A stretch of DNA of 64,000 bases from Candidatus Poribacteria bacterium (GCA_965205025.1 CBDBFU010000027.1:70294-134293); one strand, 5' to 3'; numbered from the stretch's first letter, positions 1 to 11,298 are shown. Program-made: numbers and translations. Notes: a model not told the origin generated them from the letters alone.

Positions 1-2
1 GT

Positions 3-1634
3 CGAAACACAGGTGAGAGTGTAACAACCTTACCAGACAGTGGTAAATTCGTCCTGATCCTACGTAGACCAGACAACCATGAAGGTCACAGGTCTGGTGC
101 TGATGGTGGCAAAGGTGTTGCTGAACGCGGTAAAGATGACGTTGATAAGATCGTTGATATCGCTGGATGGCACGATAACTTGAAGAAAACCGGTTTTGAC
201 AATGCGGTGTCTTCAACGGATTTATGGCCACTTCGAAGTTTCCGTGCACCTAATTTTAATCTGAATTCGTTCCAACCAGAGACGGTTCACTTCCGCCAAC
301 GCGGTGCCCATGGTCTTGGAGGCGTCAACGATGGTGCCAGTGGTGTTGGTGCGCATGAAAATAAGAATGAAGGTGGCAAAGCCGCGTTCCGTGATGAAGG
401 TTATTCCGGTATCGGTTACAAACGCCAAGCTTCCAAAACCAATTTCCACGGCGGAAGTCCTGGCTACCACGGTAACGTGAGCGGACGAGTTGATGCTACT
501 GCGAAAGTTGTTATCAGTGAAATTATGTTGTCTCAAGGCAACGGTCGTGTGAAACTGCCACAGTGGATTGAACTCTACAATCCTTCTAAGACGCATGCAG
601 TCAACCTCACGGATAATGCTGGCTGGAGACTCGTTATCGAAAATCCAAATCGTGCACCTATCAGAACTATCCACTTCAAGAGTGGTAAGCATGATGTGAA
701 AACGATCCTGCCGAATCAAACAGTGCTCATCGTTTCATCGGCGGCAAGGGATTATGGTAGTGATACCTTATCGAGAGGTACGGTATTTCCAAATACTCGT
801 GTCCTGAATGCATATACAGTCCTGAAGGGTGAAACTTTTGAGATGGCAAGCCGGACAGATGTGCTCCTTGATCCAAAGGCTTTCAACGTCAGATTGTTGG
901 ATGGTAAAACACACGACAATAAGCCTGGTGGACGCTATATTGGTGACGTATCAGACGAAGTTGGTAACCTTGACGGTAACCCGCGAACGAATGATGCGGC
1001 TGCATGGGAATTCCCAGACGGTGTGACTGAAGAGGGTGATCGCACTTCACTCATCCGTATCTTTGATGAAGGTATGGCTCGCAGTGGCACAGGCATGGTG
1101 AAACCGCTTGGTGGCACAGATGGTGTCGGTGTTGACGGAATGCCCGGTATTGATGCCAAGTATAGTTGGGTTCATGCCGCTGATACAGAAGACTTTGAGA
1201 AGCTCTTTGTCCGTCATACGTGGTATGGTGCTGAAACTGATTACGGCACACCCGCAGACCGTACAGGTCAAGTCTTACCTGTTCAATTATCACACTTCCG
1301 TCCGACGCTTGAAGATGGTAAAGTTACGATCCGTTGGACAACCGAATCCGAACTTAACAACGCTGGATTTAATATCCTTCGTAGTGAAACACGGTACGGT
1401 GAGTACAAGCAGGTAAATGCTGAACTGATTCAAGGTCACGGAACAACCGGTGAACGTCATACCTATAAATGGGTTGACGAATCCGCTAAACCGAATGTAG
1501 TTTACTACTATCAAATTGAAGACGTATCCTTCGCCGGCGAGCGTCAAACGCTTGCTCTAACCAAGTTGAAAGGACTTATCTCAGCCGTAGGTAAAGCCAC
1601 AACAACGTGGGGCGATATTAAAGAGGTACAATAG
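3..1634 (+). CDS. 3' part (open at window edge) of a large secreted lamin-tail-domain protein; same sequence as the C-terminal part of 11593..15948
   Basis: Nucleotides 1-1634 match 14315-15948. LTD motif VISEIM...QWIELYN, LPVQLSHF fn3-like domain, terminal KATTTWGDIK. Confidence 0.9.
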   Translation, partial: RNTGESVTTLPDSGKFVLILRRPDNHEGHRSGADGGKGVAERGKDDVDKIVDIAGWHDNLKKTGFDNAVSSTDLWPLRSFRAPNFNLNSFQPETVHFRQRGAHGLGGVNDGASGVGAHENKNEGGKAAFRDEGYSGIGYKRQASKTNFHGGSPGYHGNVSGRVDATAKVVISEIMLSQGNGRVKLPQWIELYNPSKTHAVNLTDNAGWRLVIENPNRAPIRTIHFKSGKHDVKTILPNQTVLIVSSAARDYGSDTLSRGTVFPNTRVLNAYTVLKGETFEMASRTDVLLDPKAFNVRLLDGKTHDNKPGGRYIGDVSDEVGNLDGNPRTNDAAAWEFPDGVTEEGDRTSLIRIFDEGMARSGTGMVKPLGGTDGVGVDGMPGIDAKYSWVHAADTEDFEKLFVRHTWYGAETDYGTPADRTGQVLPVQLSHFRPTLEDGKVTIRWTTESELNNAGFNILRSETRYGEYKQVNAELIQGHGTTGERHTYKWVDESAKPNVVYYYQIEDVSFAGERQTLALTKLKGLISAVGKATTTWGDIKEVQ

Positions 1635-1716
1635 GGTTAAATTTCAGGGATAATTTAACCGTTCTCCTCAACGCATGGACACTGCAGGGTCTCGATTGAG
1701 GAATCTATCTAAACAA

Positions 1717-1774
1717 TATTCTACAATAAGAGCCGGCTGTGATCTCAAAAATGCAGCACTCTTATTGTAGAATA
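1717..1774. repeat. Long 3'-UTR hairpin (16-bp perfect arms); copy at 16031..16088
   Basis: TATTCTACAATAAGAG ... CTCTTATTGTAGAATA. Confidence 0.8.
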
Positions 1775-1812
1775 CCTCACATACCCAATCCCAATGATCT
1801 TAAACAAGAAAC

Positions 1813-1850
1813 AGGGTCTCGTAGGCAACTACAAGACCCTATTTCTTTTT
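1813..1850 (+). terminator. Intrinsic terminator of the surface-protein gene
   Basis: AGGGTCTCGTAG-GCAA-CTACAAGACCCT followed by ATTTCTTTTT. Confidence 0.7.
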
Positions 1851-1902
1851 CCCACCCCTTGATAGGTTTTCTTTTTCCCACCCTTTGGTAGGTTCGGTTT
1901 CC

Positions 1903-1937
1903 CGGGGAATGCCTAATGGCATTCATACCGTTGATTC
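1903..1937. mobile_element. 35-bp hairpin mini-element (also 16217, 20957, 25218 partial, 25245, 30765, 52363)
   Basis: CGGGGAATGCY-N4-RGCATTCATACCGTTGATTC, each copy interrupting or adjoining a REP fragment. Confidence 0.7.
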
Positions 1938-2026
1938 CTTGATTCGAGGGGCGAAAGGTGTAATATATCTGAACAGCGGATTATACCATTTTCAAATGTC
2001 TATAGCAAAGATGGTGCTCCATGTTC

Positions 2027-2263
2027 TTGAGTTCCGTAGGAACGGAATGTCTATAGCAAAGATTGTTGTTCCATATTCTTGAGTTCCGTAGGAACGGAAT
2101 GTCTATAGCAAAGATTATTGCTCCATATTCTTGAGTTCCGTAGGAACGGAATGTCTATAGCAAAGATGGTGCTCCATGTTCTTGAGTCCCATAGGGACGG
2201 AATGTCTATAGCAAAGATTATTGCTCCATATTCTTGAGTCCCGTAGGGACGGAATGTCTATAG
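2027..2263 (+). repeat. Tandem REP array, 5 hairpins at 51-52 bp period, upstream of tnpA
   Basis: GAGTYCC-RTA-GGRAC-GGAATGTCTATAG units separated by near-identical linkers. Confidence 0.9.
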
Positions 2264-2325
2264 CACATTTCTCGTTGATTTGGTAAGGACAAAATGATAA
2301 AATACAAACCGTGAGGAGTAATACC

Positions 2326-2799
2326 ATGGCAAACACATATACACAATTATATATACATATTGTTTTTGCAGTTGAACATCGTCAAAACCTAATTCCGAAG
2401 GAACATAAAGAAGAACTTCACAAATTCATTACAGGTATAATCACCAATAATAAACATAAAATGATCCAAATCAATTCTATGCCAGACCATATACATATTT
2501 TTGTTGGTATAAACCCTTCAATGGCATTATCAGAATTGGTAAAAGATATTAAAGCAAATTCATCACGATTCATAAACAAGAAGCAATGGGTTTCCGGTCA
2601 ATTCAAATGGCAAGATGGTTATTCAGCCTTTACTTATGCACATTCACAATTAGAGAGTGTATCAAATTATATCCTTAATCAAGAAAAGCATCATAAGCAG
2701 AAGTCGTTTAGAGAAGAATATATTGAGTTGTTAAAACGATTTAATGTTGATTATGATGAAAGATATATTTTTCATCCAGTGTTAGAGAGCGATTCTTAG
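2326..2799 (+). CDS. tnpA: IS200/IS605-family Y1 HUH transposase, REP-associated (RAYT/TnpA-REP-like)
   Basis: HIVFAV, DHIH (HUH), WQDGY and YILNQ (catalytic Tyr) motifs; RBS GAGGAG; flanked by inverted REP sets. Confidence 0.9.
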   Translation: MANTYTQLYIHIVFAVEHRQNLIPKEHKEELHKFITGIITNNKHKMIQINSMPDHIHIFVGINPSMALSELVKDIKANSSRFINKKQWVSGQFKWQDGYSAFTYAHSQLESVSNYILNQEKHHKQKSFREEYIELLKRFNVDYDERYIFHPVLESDS

Positions 2800-2838
2800 A
2801 AGATCATACGTGTCTTGAGAACTCCACCTATATGTTGA

Positions 2839-2916
2839 TATAGACATTCCGTCCCTACGGGACTCAATTATGTGGGTATACACGTTTTCTATAGACATTC
2901 CGTCCCTACGGGACTC
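2839..2916 (-). repeat. Two REP copies in inverted orientation downstream of tnpA
   Basis: TATAGACATTCCGTCCCTACGGGACTC x2, the reverse complement of the upstream unit. Confidence 0.9.
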
Positions 2917-2917
2917 A

Positions 2918-3493
2918 ACACCCTTAATGAAACCACCTGAAGACTTGAACACGGAAGCATGGCTTCAAAAATGTGTTGAAACGACAGAATCCGCCCAGGT
3001 TGACTCACAGACGCGTGGCACACTACTGTTTGCCTTATCAACATTAGGTAGTTTAACCCATGACGCAAATCTTTTTCAAAAACTCATATCGGAGGAAATG
3101 ATGCAAGAATCTCCTTTTTACAAACTTATACCATTTCTAAAATATAATGTCTCATTGATTGTGGAGATTCTGCAGGAGCAATCTCCAAGTCGCGACCGGG
3201 AGGTCGCTCCTACAGAAGATAGTTTCCAATAATATTCAATTTCATAAAATTTATGTGATGGCATATTATTTATTAGAATTGGTATTATATATCAGCAAGT
3301 TTCACTTGCAAACTGTATCAAGAATATTCTATCTGTTCTCTCAAAACGTTTTCAGTTTGAGGATGTACAACCAATAAAAGAAGCATTGGAATCTATTGAG
3401 GATCTTGATCGTATGACAGAATTACATGACACCTCAATTGACATACCGAGTATTAAGGAATTCCTACAAGAAGTAAAAGCATCCGAAGAATAA
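2918..3493 (+). pseudogene. 5'-truncated Rpn-family gene; its C-terminal cassette (ATG 3098) is interrupted by a MITE
   Basis: Matches the intact Rpn from 19789 onward. Removing 3129-3287 restores an open frame MMQESPFYKLIYQQVSLANCIKNIL...KASEE*. Confidence 0.85.
3129..3284. mobile_element. MITE with TACCAWTTCT/AGAAWTGGTA ends and a TTA target duplication, carrying a REP doublet
   Basis: TTA|TACCATTTCTA...TAGAATTGGTA|TTA; excision restores the host reading frame. Confidence 0.85.
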
Positions 3494-3498
3494 AGGAA

Positions 3499-3747
3499 AT
3501 GATGCAAGAATCTCCTTTTATAGAACTCATAATGCAGCGCTATATAGAACAAGGTTCACGTGAAACGTATGTAAAAAATATTCTATCTGTTCTCTCAAAA
3601 CGTTTTCAGTTTGAGGATGTACAACCAATAAAAGAAGCATTGGAATCTATTGTGGATCTTGATCGTATGACAGAATTACATGACACCTCAATTGACATAC
3701 CGAGTATTAATGAATTCCTACAAGAAGTAAAAGCATCCGAAGAATAA
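3499..3747 (+). CDS. Stand-alone Rpn C-terminal cassette (RpnS-like putative antitoxin), 82 aa
   Basis: Begins MMQESPF like the internal start of Rpn; TAAAGGA Shine-Dalgarno formed with the upstream stop codon. Confidence 0.75.
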   Translation: MMQESPFIELIMQRYIEQGSRETYVKNILSVLSKRFQFEDVQPIKEALESIVDLDRMTELHDTSIDIPSINEFLQEVKASEE

Positions 3748-3794
3748 AAACTCCAGATTCACCCTTGTTGATATAGCATTCCCCGGGGCTAACC

Positions 3795-4345
3795 CCTTCT
3801 CCGCGCAATCCGCGATTCAGAATACGTTTCTACACACCTTTCGCCCCGCTGGGGCTTTTACTGGAAGGTTCAACGTTTTCTACACACCTTTCGCCCCGCT
3901 GGGGCTCAATTATGGGTGAACACGTTTTCTATAGACATTCCGTCCCTACGGGACTCAACACTCTTCTCCGTGTAATCTGCGTAATCCGTGTAATCTGCGA
4001 TTCAGACAAACAAAACCATCCACCCAAAACCCTCTTCTCCGCGCAATCCGTGTAATCTGCGATTCAGAAACCAAAACCCCTCTTCTCTGCGTAATCTGCG
4101 TAATCTGCGATTCAGAAACTAAAACCATCCGCACCAAACCCCTCTTCTCCGCGTAATCTGCGTAATCCGTGTAATCTGCGATTCAGACAAACAAAACCAT
4201 CCACCCAAAACCCTCTTCTCCGCGCAATCCGCGCAATCCGTGTAATCTGCGATTCAGAAAATCGCCTCTTTGTACCACAAACTTTTAGTTTGTGTTCTTA
4301 CTCCAACCCTCTCCACTGCGCAATCCGCATAATCCGCGATTCAGA
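3795..4345. repeat. Mixed repeat tract: CTCTTCTCC-(9-mer)n-GATTCAGA units plus three REP families
   Basis: Repeated GYAATCYGY 9-mers; TTTCGCCCCGCTGGGGCT x2; GTCCCTACGGGAC; CACAAACTTTTAGTTTGTG. Confidence 0.85.
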
Positions 4346-4403
4346 CAAATAACTGATAGCCGACAGCCAAGAGCCAATTAAGACAGCCAAGAGCCAATTA
4401 ATT

Positions 4404-4432
4404 TTGACAACCCTATATTAATATAGTATAAT
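4404..4432 (+). promoter_or_regulatory. Consensus sigma70 promoter of rplM-rpsI
   Basis: TTGACA-17 bp-TATAAT. Confidence 0.8.
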
Positions 4433-4495
4433 ACAGTCACACTTGTGAACATCATAAAGATGAGGAATATAACCTTATCCAAAAGGTCAAGAACA

Positions 4496-4933
4496 ATGGT
4501 ATTGAAAACGAAAACCAAATTCCCTAAATCCGACAAAGACATAAAATGGTACGTCGTAGATGCAGAAGGACAAATATTGGGACGCTTAGCAACACGCATC
4601 GCACATATACTCAGAGGAAAACACGACCCAAATTTTACGCCACATGCAGATTTAGGCTATCGAGTCGCAGTGATTAACGCCGAAAAAATCGTTGTCACTG
4701 GCAATAAAGCTGAACAGAAAACATACTTCCGACATAGTGGATACCCAGGTGGCGATAAATACAAAACATTTAATCAACAAATTGAACGCCAACCAGAATA
4801 CATCATCACATCCGCAGTCAAAGGAATGATCCCAAAAAATAGCCTCGGCGCAAAATTGATGACGGGATTAAAAGTATATACCGGTCCCAACCATCCCCAC
4901 CAAGCACAAGAACCAGAAGTATTAACATTCTAA
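4496..4933 (+). CDS. rplM: 50S ribosomal protein L13
   Basis: WYVVDAEGQILGRLA...LRGKH...FTPHAD...HSGYPGG...HPHQAQ; start moved to ATG 4496. Confidence 0.97.
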   Translation: MVLKTKTKFPKSDKDIKWYVVDAEGQILGRLATRIAHILRGKHDPNFTPHADLGYRVAVINAEKIVVTGNKAEQKTYFRHSGYPGGDKYKTFNQQIERQPEYIITSAVKGMIPKNSLGAKLMTGLKVYTGPNHPHQAQEPEVLTF

Positions 4934-4951
4934 TAAACAAAGGTGCTGACT

Positions 4952-5141
4952 TGTAGCATAAACTTCCAGTTTGTGCATCTTTAATTCTTGTAGCATAAAC
5001 TTCCAGTTTGTGTATCTTTGTTTGGTGAACTTAAAATCAATAGAACGGTAATCCAGTTTGTGCATCTTTGATTCTTGTAGCATAAACTTCCAGTTTGTGC
5101 ATCTTTGATTCTTGTAGCATAAACTTCCAGTTTGTGCATCT
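4952..5141 (+). repeat. REP-like tandem array (~37 bp period) between rplM and rpsI
   Basis: GTAGCATAAACTTCCAGTTTGTG: 4 full copies and 1 partial copy. Confidence 0.9.
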
Positions 5142-5177
5142 TTGTAAGGACGAAAGGTGTAAAGAAGAGGAATATAT

Positions 5178-5574
5178 ATGGCATTAGAACAATTTTGGGG
5201 AACAGGCAGACGGAAAACATCCGTCGCACGCGTTAGAATCATCCCCGGCAGTGAAGACGGTTTCATCGTAAATAAAAAAACCTATTGACGAATATTTCGA
5301 CCGGTCTGACCATGTACAGGAAGCAAAACAACCCATAGAGCATGCCGAACGAACAGGTGAATATGCTGTTCATGTAAATGTACGCGGCGGTGGAAATACA
5401 GGACAAGCAGGCGCAATTTCACACGGACTCGCACGCGCACTCGTAAAAGCAGACGAATCCTTGAAACCAACTCTCAAAAAAGCAGGATTTCTGACGCGCG
5501 ACCCACGAATGGTTGAAAGAAAGAAATACGGACAAAAAGGCGCACGCGCAAGATTCCAATTTTCAAAACGATAG
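5178..5574 (+). CDS. rpsI: 30S ribosomal protein S9; +1 frameshift in the A7 run at 5274-5280, probably a sequencing error
   Basis: [12 protein letters not shown] in frame 1, then [13 protein letters not shown]...[27 protein letters not shown] after removing one A. Missing from the ORF track. Confidence 0.95.
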
Positions 5575-5649
5575 AATGGTTTTCAGCAGTTGGCTATCGG
5601 CTATCAGGACAAATCCCAACAACTAAAAACTATTAACTAAAAATATTAA

Positions 5650-6947
<1,298 letters not shown>

Positions 6948-6948
<1 letters not shown>

Positions 6949-7122
6949 GCCCCAGCGGGGCGAAAGGTTTGTAGAAAAGGAAGTAAAAAACGAAGTTAGC
7001 CCCAGAGGGGCGAAAGGTGTGTAGAAAACGTGCTATCCTAAACACTAAGCCCCAGCGGGGCGAAAGGTGTGTAGAAACGCCATACCTCACCGAGGCCTAA
7101 GCCCCAGCGGGGCGAAAGGTGT
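6948..7122 (+). repeat. REP array, 4 copies at ~50 bp period
   Basis: AGCCCCAGMGGGGCGAAAGGTKTGTA. Confidence 0.9.
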
Positions 7123-7313
7123 ATTCTTAAATTGACACCTATGAGGTTTCGCTTCGCTCTACCCGACCTACAGTTTATTTTGATAATTTGTTAATTAGAA
7201 ATGGTATAATAATTAAAATATGATACAATATAACAAAGAATATAATAACATACCGAACCCACATTAACACCAAAACCAATATTCTTAATCTTCAGATATA
7301 TAACCAATATCCT

Positions 7314-10300
7314 ATGAATTCATTAAAAAATATTATTGAACGATGCCACCGACGGAGAGAAAAACCACTCCAACAGCGAAAAACAACTGTCGTCGCTGCA
7401 CCATATAAGGGAGGCCATCCATACGAACATACTGTCTATTACGCACACGGATACTCTGAAACACTCTATGCATTAGAAAAAGTGAATATCTCCTTTATGC
7501 CAATAGGACGCGCCCCAGGAAATGACCGCGGTCCAAGATCTTATGATGCACCTCATAGGTACGAAGAACGACAAGGATGGGAAAATTGGGCACTACGACG
7601 ATGGATAGATTCCTGGGGAATTCAAATATATACCGGGACACCCTCTCAACAACATGGCGCACAATGGCATGATGTCCTAATTAAATATGAAGCACTCTGT
7701 GAGGCACCAAAACTTGTTATAGATTGTATCACCGCACTCGCAGAAAGTGTCGTCAACCCACTTATAACATTGACAAAATCAGGAGACCTACGCTTTTCTT
7801 ATCGAATCACAAATTACCTACATCCACAATTCAAAGAAGACCAATCTTATATCTATAAAGAAACACAAAACCAACAAACTGTATACCTGCAAATCTTAGG
7901 TGAAAAAGGAGTTAGTTGTTGGGACGCACGCTACGAGATAATCATGGGGGACCTCTTAGATCCGCCTATCATTTCAAAAAATTCGCTCTTTGAACCTATT
8001 GATACCCTACGGAAGATTCTCCACCAACCTAAATCTTCCACTATAGTCGAAATCACTAATCAAAAAGAAAAAATCTATATTACTACACCACCCATATCCC
8101 TCGGATCACATAGACTTGACCTCGCAAAAGAAGCTTTTATAAGACGCGGTTTTACCTACCTACAAGAATACAACGGGTTTCACCAAATGACACCCATTCA
8201 CAATAAAGATCCAAATAGGCATGTCTCTTTATGGGAACGCGACAGAATCGTATGGGTTCGCGCATCTACAATTGACTTCGGTATACCCATTGAAACTACA
8301 CCAATCACAGACATCTGGGATGATACAGGCATTATTACAATACGATCTTCAAAAGCACAACACCATACCGGGATTTATCACAATGTTCGGACAACAAACC
8401 TTAGTCCTTTGACAATTAAGCGACCTGCCACCATACTAAAAAAACAGACAAATCCCACAGAAAAACAGAAACACTTTAATCAGCAGGATTGTCAAGACTT
8501 ATTAAACGGGGACACACGCATACTTGTCATACAGGCTGATACATTTCATCAACTTAATAACCTAATACAATCTATATTGTCTAATGGGACACCGATATGT
8601 CTAAATGTAGAACCGGATCATCTCGTAGAAAAGGTTGAGGAACACTTTAAAGATAAAAAAATAAACTTTACACGACTTAAACCCCGGATGCACCTATGGG
8701 AAAAGGTCAAGAATATTCACATTAACCAACGCATGCAAAATCCATTTAAACATGGGAACGTCTGTGAAGATGCTGAACGGTGCGATACCCTTGAGAGAAA
8801 AGGCGGAGATCCAAACATACATATCTGTCCACACTGTCCCGTCTACACCACATGCCAAGAAAAAGGGTATTTGTCTCAACCCCTTCAATTACAGCAAGCA
8901 CAAACACAACTATTAACAGATACTCAACTGTTTTTCAATTCTGATTCAATAAACTCAGATAGTCAACTCATGAAAAATGTTGACAATACCGACAGACTTT
9001 ATATCCTTCATCAACCGAATGTGACGAGTCAAACTACTATATGTGAACTCTTTATAGAGAGATTGCAGGAGTGGATCGTCAATTGGCGGGGAGAGGCACT
9101 CGGAAACTTCGCCAATTTCTTGATGAACGCTTTTGAACCCGATAAAATGTACTATAGCGATACCATTAAGCGAATACGATCAACGGTTCAAGCATTTGAA
9201 TGGCAGGAAGAAGAAATTGTCAGACAAATGCAACAGGTAAATGTTACATGTCAAGTTACAGAACCGGGGTATGTTGATCCTGACACGGGACAAGAATTAG
9301 CAAAATTCACGATAAAATTCAAAGGAGGGGCATCGGCGTATTTACCCTTAAACAGCGAGGCAAAAGAACTTTTGATAGCACGCAAAATTCCTGTCTTTAT
9401 CCTTAAATCCTTTGAACTTAATACTAACATGAAAATTCCGATGTCAATGTCAAAGGCTATTGAGTTAGGGATATTGAAAACAGATACTGTTGACCATATA
9501 GAAGATTTTCCCACTGTCTGTAAAAACTCAAACCAGACAATTTGGCATCAACTCAAACAGTTCTTCAACCATTACGCTCGTAATGAAGATGTACGCGTTC
9601 GATGGTATGAAGAAATGCTGTTATTCAGGTGGGCAAACACAATACATCCATCAATAAAACGACTTATTATCACAACCACTACCCTTAATCAAACACAGAT
9701 TCAAAGATTATTTCCTGATGAGACAATTGAAGTCCGAACCCTAAAACCTAAAAAGTGGAAGAAAGGAAACAGAGTTTTTCAGATACGCACGGGTTTGTAT
9801 CCAAGAGAAAGGATCTTAGACTATCGTGGGAACTGGGATGTCCTGGGGTTAACCAACATTGGGGGACGAATATTCTCACGAATCTTAGCAGAAATTGAAA
9901 AGGATCAGAACATTTTCCATACGATTATCACCTATGGGGGTGCTCTAAAACAAATAAAGGAATTGGTTAAGACAGAGAATGTCACTTTTTTTAAGAATAC
10001 TGACAAAAACTTCATATATCACCTTCTTGTCGAACAAAATTTTCAGCAAGCTATAGAAAAATCACAAGTCGTTTGGATCGTCGGGAGTCCAGAACCTTCA
10101 AAAGGAAATGTTTGGCGCCAAGTTCAAACACTCTACGGAAATGACAAGACCCCACTACACTATGAAAAAGATGCCGGTTCCGGACTCTATAAAGATGAAA
10201 GATTACAACATGTCTATCAACAGATGATCGTCAATTCTATTAAATTTATCATTGATTCTATAAAGTTAGATCAAATAGCAAATAAAACCATTGTCATCGT

Positions 10301-10736
10301 CAGCGGCGTAAACATTCCAAACATCACGAATAGACCAGAAACCGTACTTTTTGATTGGGAAGATTTTGAGGTAGCAAGTGAACTAAACACCCTTCCTGAA
10401 ACGATTGCTATACGCGAACGTTTTGAGGTAGAACGCGAAAAATTAAATGCCAATTCCAGCAGAGAAACTGTAGAACGGGTTTTAGGGTGTTCACGAAGAC
10501 AAGCAAACCGTAAATTACAAAAGTTTAGAGGCGGCACACCTTTGCGAGTTTCATTCCGTGATCAAATCTTGGAAATGCTTACTGATGGAGATAAGAAAAC
10601 CGCTGAATTGGTACAAGCCATTGACGGCAATCCAGAAGCCATTAAAAACGAACTCAAACGCCTCGTCGATAAAGGTGAAATCATCAGAGTCGAAAGAGGC
10701 ATCTATTCCGCACCTGCAACCTCAAACACCAAATAA
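7314..10736 (+). CDS. 1140-aa uncharacterised protein: degenerate Prim-Pol-like N-terminus, Cys cluster, C-terminal HTH + winged HTH; paralog of 42066..45443
   Basis: SWGIQIYTG, LTKSGDLRF, C-x5-C...CPHCPVYTTC, VERVLGCSRRQANR, LVDKGEIIRVERGIY; colinear with the paralog. The domain calls are inference. Confidence 0.6.
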   Translation: MNSLKNIIERCHRRREKPLQQRKTTVVAAPYKGGHPYEHTVYYAHGYSETLYALEKVNISFMPIGRAPGNDRGPRSYDAPHRYEERQGWENWALRRWIDSWGIQIYTGTPSQQHGAQWHDVLIKYEALCEAPKLVIDCITALAESVVNPLITLTKSGDLRFSYRITNYLHPQFKEDQSYIYKETQNQQTVYLQILGEKGVSCWDARYEIIMGDLLDPPIISKNSLFEPIDTLRKILHQPKSSTIVEITNQKEKIYITTPPISLGSHRLDLAKEAFIRRGFTYLQEYNGFHQMTPIHNKDPNRHVSLWERDRIVWVRASTIDFGIPIETTPITDIWDDTGIITIRSSKAQHHTGIYHNVRTTNLSPLTIKRPATILKKQTNPTEKQKHFNQQDCQDLLNGDTRILVIQADTFHQLNNLIQSILSNGTPICLNVEPDHLVEKVEEHFKDKKINFTRLKPRMHLWEKVKNIHINQRMQNPFKHGNVCEDAERCDTLERKGGDPNIHICPHCPVYTTCQEKGYLSQPLQLQQAQTQLLTDTQLFFNSDSINSDSQLMKNVDNTDRLYILHQPNVTSQTTICELFIERLQEWIVNWRGEALGNFANFLMNAFEPDKMYYSDTIKRIRSTVQAFEWQEEEIVRQMQQVNVTCQVTEPGYVDPDTGQELAKFTIKFKGGASAYLPLNSEAKELLIARKIPVFILKSFELNTNMKIPMSMSKAIELGILKTDTVDHIEDFPTVCKNSNQTIWHQLKQFFNHYARNEDVRVRWYEEMLLFRWANTIHPSIKRLIITTTTLNQTQIQRLFPDETIEVRTLKPKKWKKGNRVFQIRTGLYPRERILDYRGNWDVLGLTNIGGRIFSRILAEIEKDQNIFHTIITYGGALKQIKELVKTENVTFFKNTDKNFIYHLLVEQNFQQAIEKSQVVWIVGSPEPSKGNVWRQVQTLYGNDKTPLHYEKDAGSGLYKDERLQHVYQQMIVNSIKFIIDSIKLDQIANKTIVIVSGVNIPNITNRPETVLFDWEDFEVASELNTLPETIAIRERFEVEREKLNANSSRETVERVLGCSRRQANRKLQKFRGGTPLRVSFRDQILEMLTDGDKKTAELVQAIDGNPEAIKNELKRLVDKGEIIRVERGIYSAPATSNTK

Positions 10737-10795
10737 TACCATTTCTGGTAATTAAAGTCTCATTAATAGAATCTCTTTAATGTACCACAAACTTT

Positions 10796-10896
10796 ATGAG
10801 GATTAAGTAAATATTTCGGTAATCCAGTCCATAAACTTATCGTAGGGGCGGGGTTAACCCGCCCGTATATTACCGATTTAATAAATTAATCTTCAT
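10796..10896. mobile_element. MITE with ATGARGATTAA/TTAATCTTCAT ends, inserted in a REP loop
   Basis: CACAAACTTT|ATGAGGATTAA...CGGTAAT...ATTACCG...TTAATCTTCAT|TTAGTTTGTG; contains a GTAG REP. Confidence 0.85.
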
Positions 10897-11183
10897 TTAG
10901 TTTGTGATCTTCCACCCCTCTCTTTGTACCACAAACTTTTAGTTTGTGATCTTCCACTCTTCTGTATGAGGGAATTCCAATTCCCGACCCTTCCATCCTT
11001 TATGTCAGAATCGCGGATTACGCGGATTACACAGATTTCACGGAACGGTTTTTGCTTGTGGTAAATGTTCATGTGAATGAAAAAGTGTTTGTGTTGCTTA
11101 AAAAACAACATCATTTTTACCAAAACAACTCTTCTCCGCGTAATCCGAGAATCAAAAAACCCTCTCTTTGTACCACAAACTTT

Positions 11184-11298
11184 ATGAAGATTAAGAAAAT
11201 ATTTCGGTAATTCTAATTTCCCAAACCCGGTAGGTGCGGTTTCCTAACCGCACTGGATCTTATCTTTAAAATTACCGAATTTAAAAATTAATCTTCAT
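11184..11298. mobile_element. MITE of the same ATGA...TCAT family with a different REP cargo
   Basis: CACAAACTTT|ATGAAGATTAA...TTAATCTTCAT|TTAGTTTGTG. Confidence 0.85.

Larger units (their letters stand above)
1..2994 (+). repeat. Copy 1 of a near-identical direct duplication (copy 2 at 14315..17358)
   Basis: Identical ORF sets at offset 14314, changing to 14365 after one extra 51-bp REP unit in copy 2. Identity breaks down after ...ACAGAATCCGC. Confidence 0.95.

Noticed and set aside
1996-2263. 51-bp periodic array (and 16310-16628) as a CRISPR array
   Set aside because: The linkers are near-identical to one another, the units recur inverted beyond tnpA and dispersed elsewhere, and there are no cas genes. 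It is a REP array.
5274-5280. Programmed frameshift in rpsI
   Set aside because: Several other single-base homopolymer breaks in the window make a sequencing error more parsimonious.
7197-10746. Composite transposon around the 1140-aa gene
   Set aside because: The AGAAATGGTA and TACCATTTCT motifs face outward relative to the complete MITEs, so the gene lies outside both elements.
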